Source of the DNA: Planctomycetota bacterium
GTDB taxonomy: Bacteria > Planctomycetota > GCA-002687715 > CAIWVZ01
DNA: 64,000 nucleotides
Assembly (NCBI GenBank): GCA_044222185.1
Contig: JBGANV010000001.1
Span: 1,088,001 to 1,152,000, forward strand
Direction: 5' to 3'
The position numbers and the translations under genes were made by a program. The notes beneath the pieces are model-generated. The model saw nothing but the letters and a program-made list of their open reading frames with translations, made no database searches and was not told the DNA's origin. How positions within the stretch are numbered: position 1 is the first letter of the stretch; every line of letters begins with the position of its first letter. Positions 63,801 to 64,000 of the stretch are shown here, one piece after another.

Positions 63801-64000
63801 GCGCTGACGGACGCACTGATCCTCGAAGGCCTCGCGCGCGAGGTGCTGAACCGGCTGCAGAACGCCCGCAAGGATGCCAACCTCCAGGTCACGGATCGGA
63901 TCCGCATCCGGGCGCACGCGACGGGCCAGCTCGAAGCGGCGATCGCGACGCATCGGACGATGCTCGAATCGGAGGCGCTCGCCGTTTCCATCACCATCGA
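60864..64000 (+). CDS. ileS: Isoleucine--tRNA ligase, type 2 (partial; 3' end outside window)
   Basis: Not in the ORF track. FYEGPPTANGRPGIHH, GWDTHGLPVE, WTTTPWTLPSN, DWAVSRERFWGTPLP, EGIDQTRGWFYSL, KMSKS. Confidence 0.97.
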   Translation, partial: MFQEIGGARRQQDLEDRVLARWKAQRIFARAQERRANAPRFTFYEGPPTANGRPGIHHVLSRTLKDAICRYRDLTGSYVERKAGWDTHGLPVEVEVEKQLGIHGKAEIVEFGLEKFTERCIDSVFTYTSDWERLTDRIGYWLDLDSAYVTYHEPYVESVWWALKTLFDKGVLYRGHKVVWWWPQGGTALSAAEVGLAYKTTDDPSVVVRFRVAPASDGTPRSLLAWTTTPWTLPSNVGLAVAADLPYVEVRLEPTEKAPEREIVILGEGLLSSVLGDRPYEIVKRCFGRDLVGLKYEPPLPFGDPTGGRAWEVVAGDFVTFDAGCGIVHLAPAFGEDDMRAAKSTGLGFLQLVEPDGTMSAAVTPAAGIFCKKADSILTKELKARGLLFSTSVYRHEYPFCWRAEKDPLIQYARQSWFIRTSEFKERMIEINGSVDWHPEHIREGRFGDFLRNNVDWAVSRERFWGTPLPIWINDVSGKMDVVSSVDEILSRNPQAFAAFDEARKQNPKLASHLRVHKPWVDNVTWTKPGEAGVYRRVPDVIDCWFDSGAMPFAQRHYPFENKALFESSFPADYICEGIDQTRGWFYSLLAISTLLFDKPAYKHVIVNGHINDKHGKKMSKSLGNTVNPWEVLDKYGADPLRWYLLGGSPPWLPKSFDPEQIDEISKKVFGTLWPSFNFFALYARVDGWKPGRPAPDAKNRSTLDRWLLSRVNSVARDVRAALESYDPQRATRLLADLIDEMSNWYIRRNRARFWKSTDPADKAAAYDTLHRTLTTLAFLLAPIAPFSADELYLGLHPAGTGLESVFLGDMPAVDESLIDPALEARMAAVIAVVSLGRSARTTSGLRVRQPLARMIASAPDAAGLAALKDESLAEEIKDELNVKDLVTVDRRAGYVDVSLKPNLPVLGPKLGKRLGKVRALLQAPTQEMIQSVDETGSVTIQVDGEAMTLGPDDLIVECTGKPGFAVAAERGYLAALDTALTDALILEGLAREVLNRLQNARKDANLQVTDRIRIRAHATGQLEAAIATHRTMLESEALAVSITI

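Noticed and set aside
59565-63953. 989-aa and 437-aa minus-strand ORFs
   Set aside because: Antisense shadows of yggU/punA/ileS. The same applies to other long shadow ORFs such as 32767-35172 and 7543-9111.

Overview
High-GC bacterial DNA. The host looks like a Planctomycetota member, inferred from gene content only. Positions 1 to ~25,040 are the right part of an apparently intact temperate prophage, almost all on the minus strand, whose left end lies outside the window. In transcription order it carries: early promoter and structured leader, Cro-like HTH, HNH, RecT, Cas4-like nuclease, DEDDh exonuclease, ASCH, a ~520-nt ORF-poor region with tandem cloverleaf/tRNA-like folds, ParB, replication initiator with iterons, RusA, TerS, TerL, portal, scaffold, N4-gp56-type major capsid, head-tail genes, tail tube, tail chaperone with a -1 frameshift, and a tape measure gene that runs off the window. 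The prophage ends at a 3'-half tRNA-Lys(CTT) (att site) only ~35 bp from the early promoter, with no repressor or integrase at this end. Positions ~25,060-64,000 are host genes: tmk, WecE-like aminotransferase/flippase/GT2, a secreted NIDO-domain protein, a DprE1/DprE2-like pair, boxB-boxC-boxR without boxA, a patatin/2xGNAT/desaturase cluster, RluA, ABC transporter, glycoside hydrolase, TolC, accD, rpe, pgk, tilS, a beta-propeller lipoprotein, yggS, an FHA Ser/Thr kinase, yggU, punA and a type-2 ileS with a GIHH signature. The most notable items are the structured-RNA array, the att-adjacent attenuated early leader, the same domain (~70% identical) inserted in both capsid and tail tube, and paired divergent promoter motifs at terS and terL. 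All family calls come from motif recognition by eye, not database searches.
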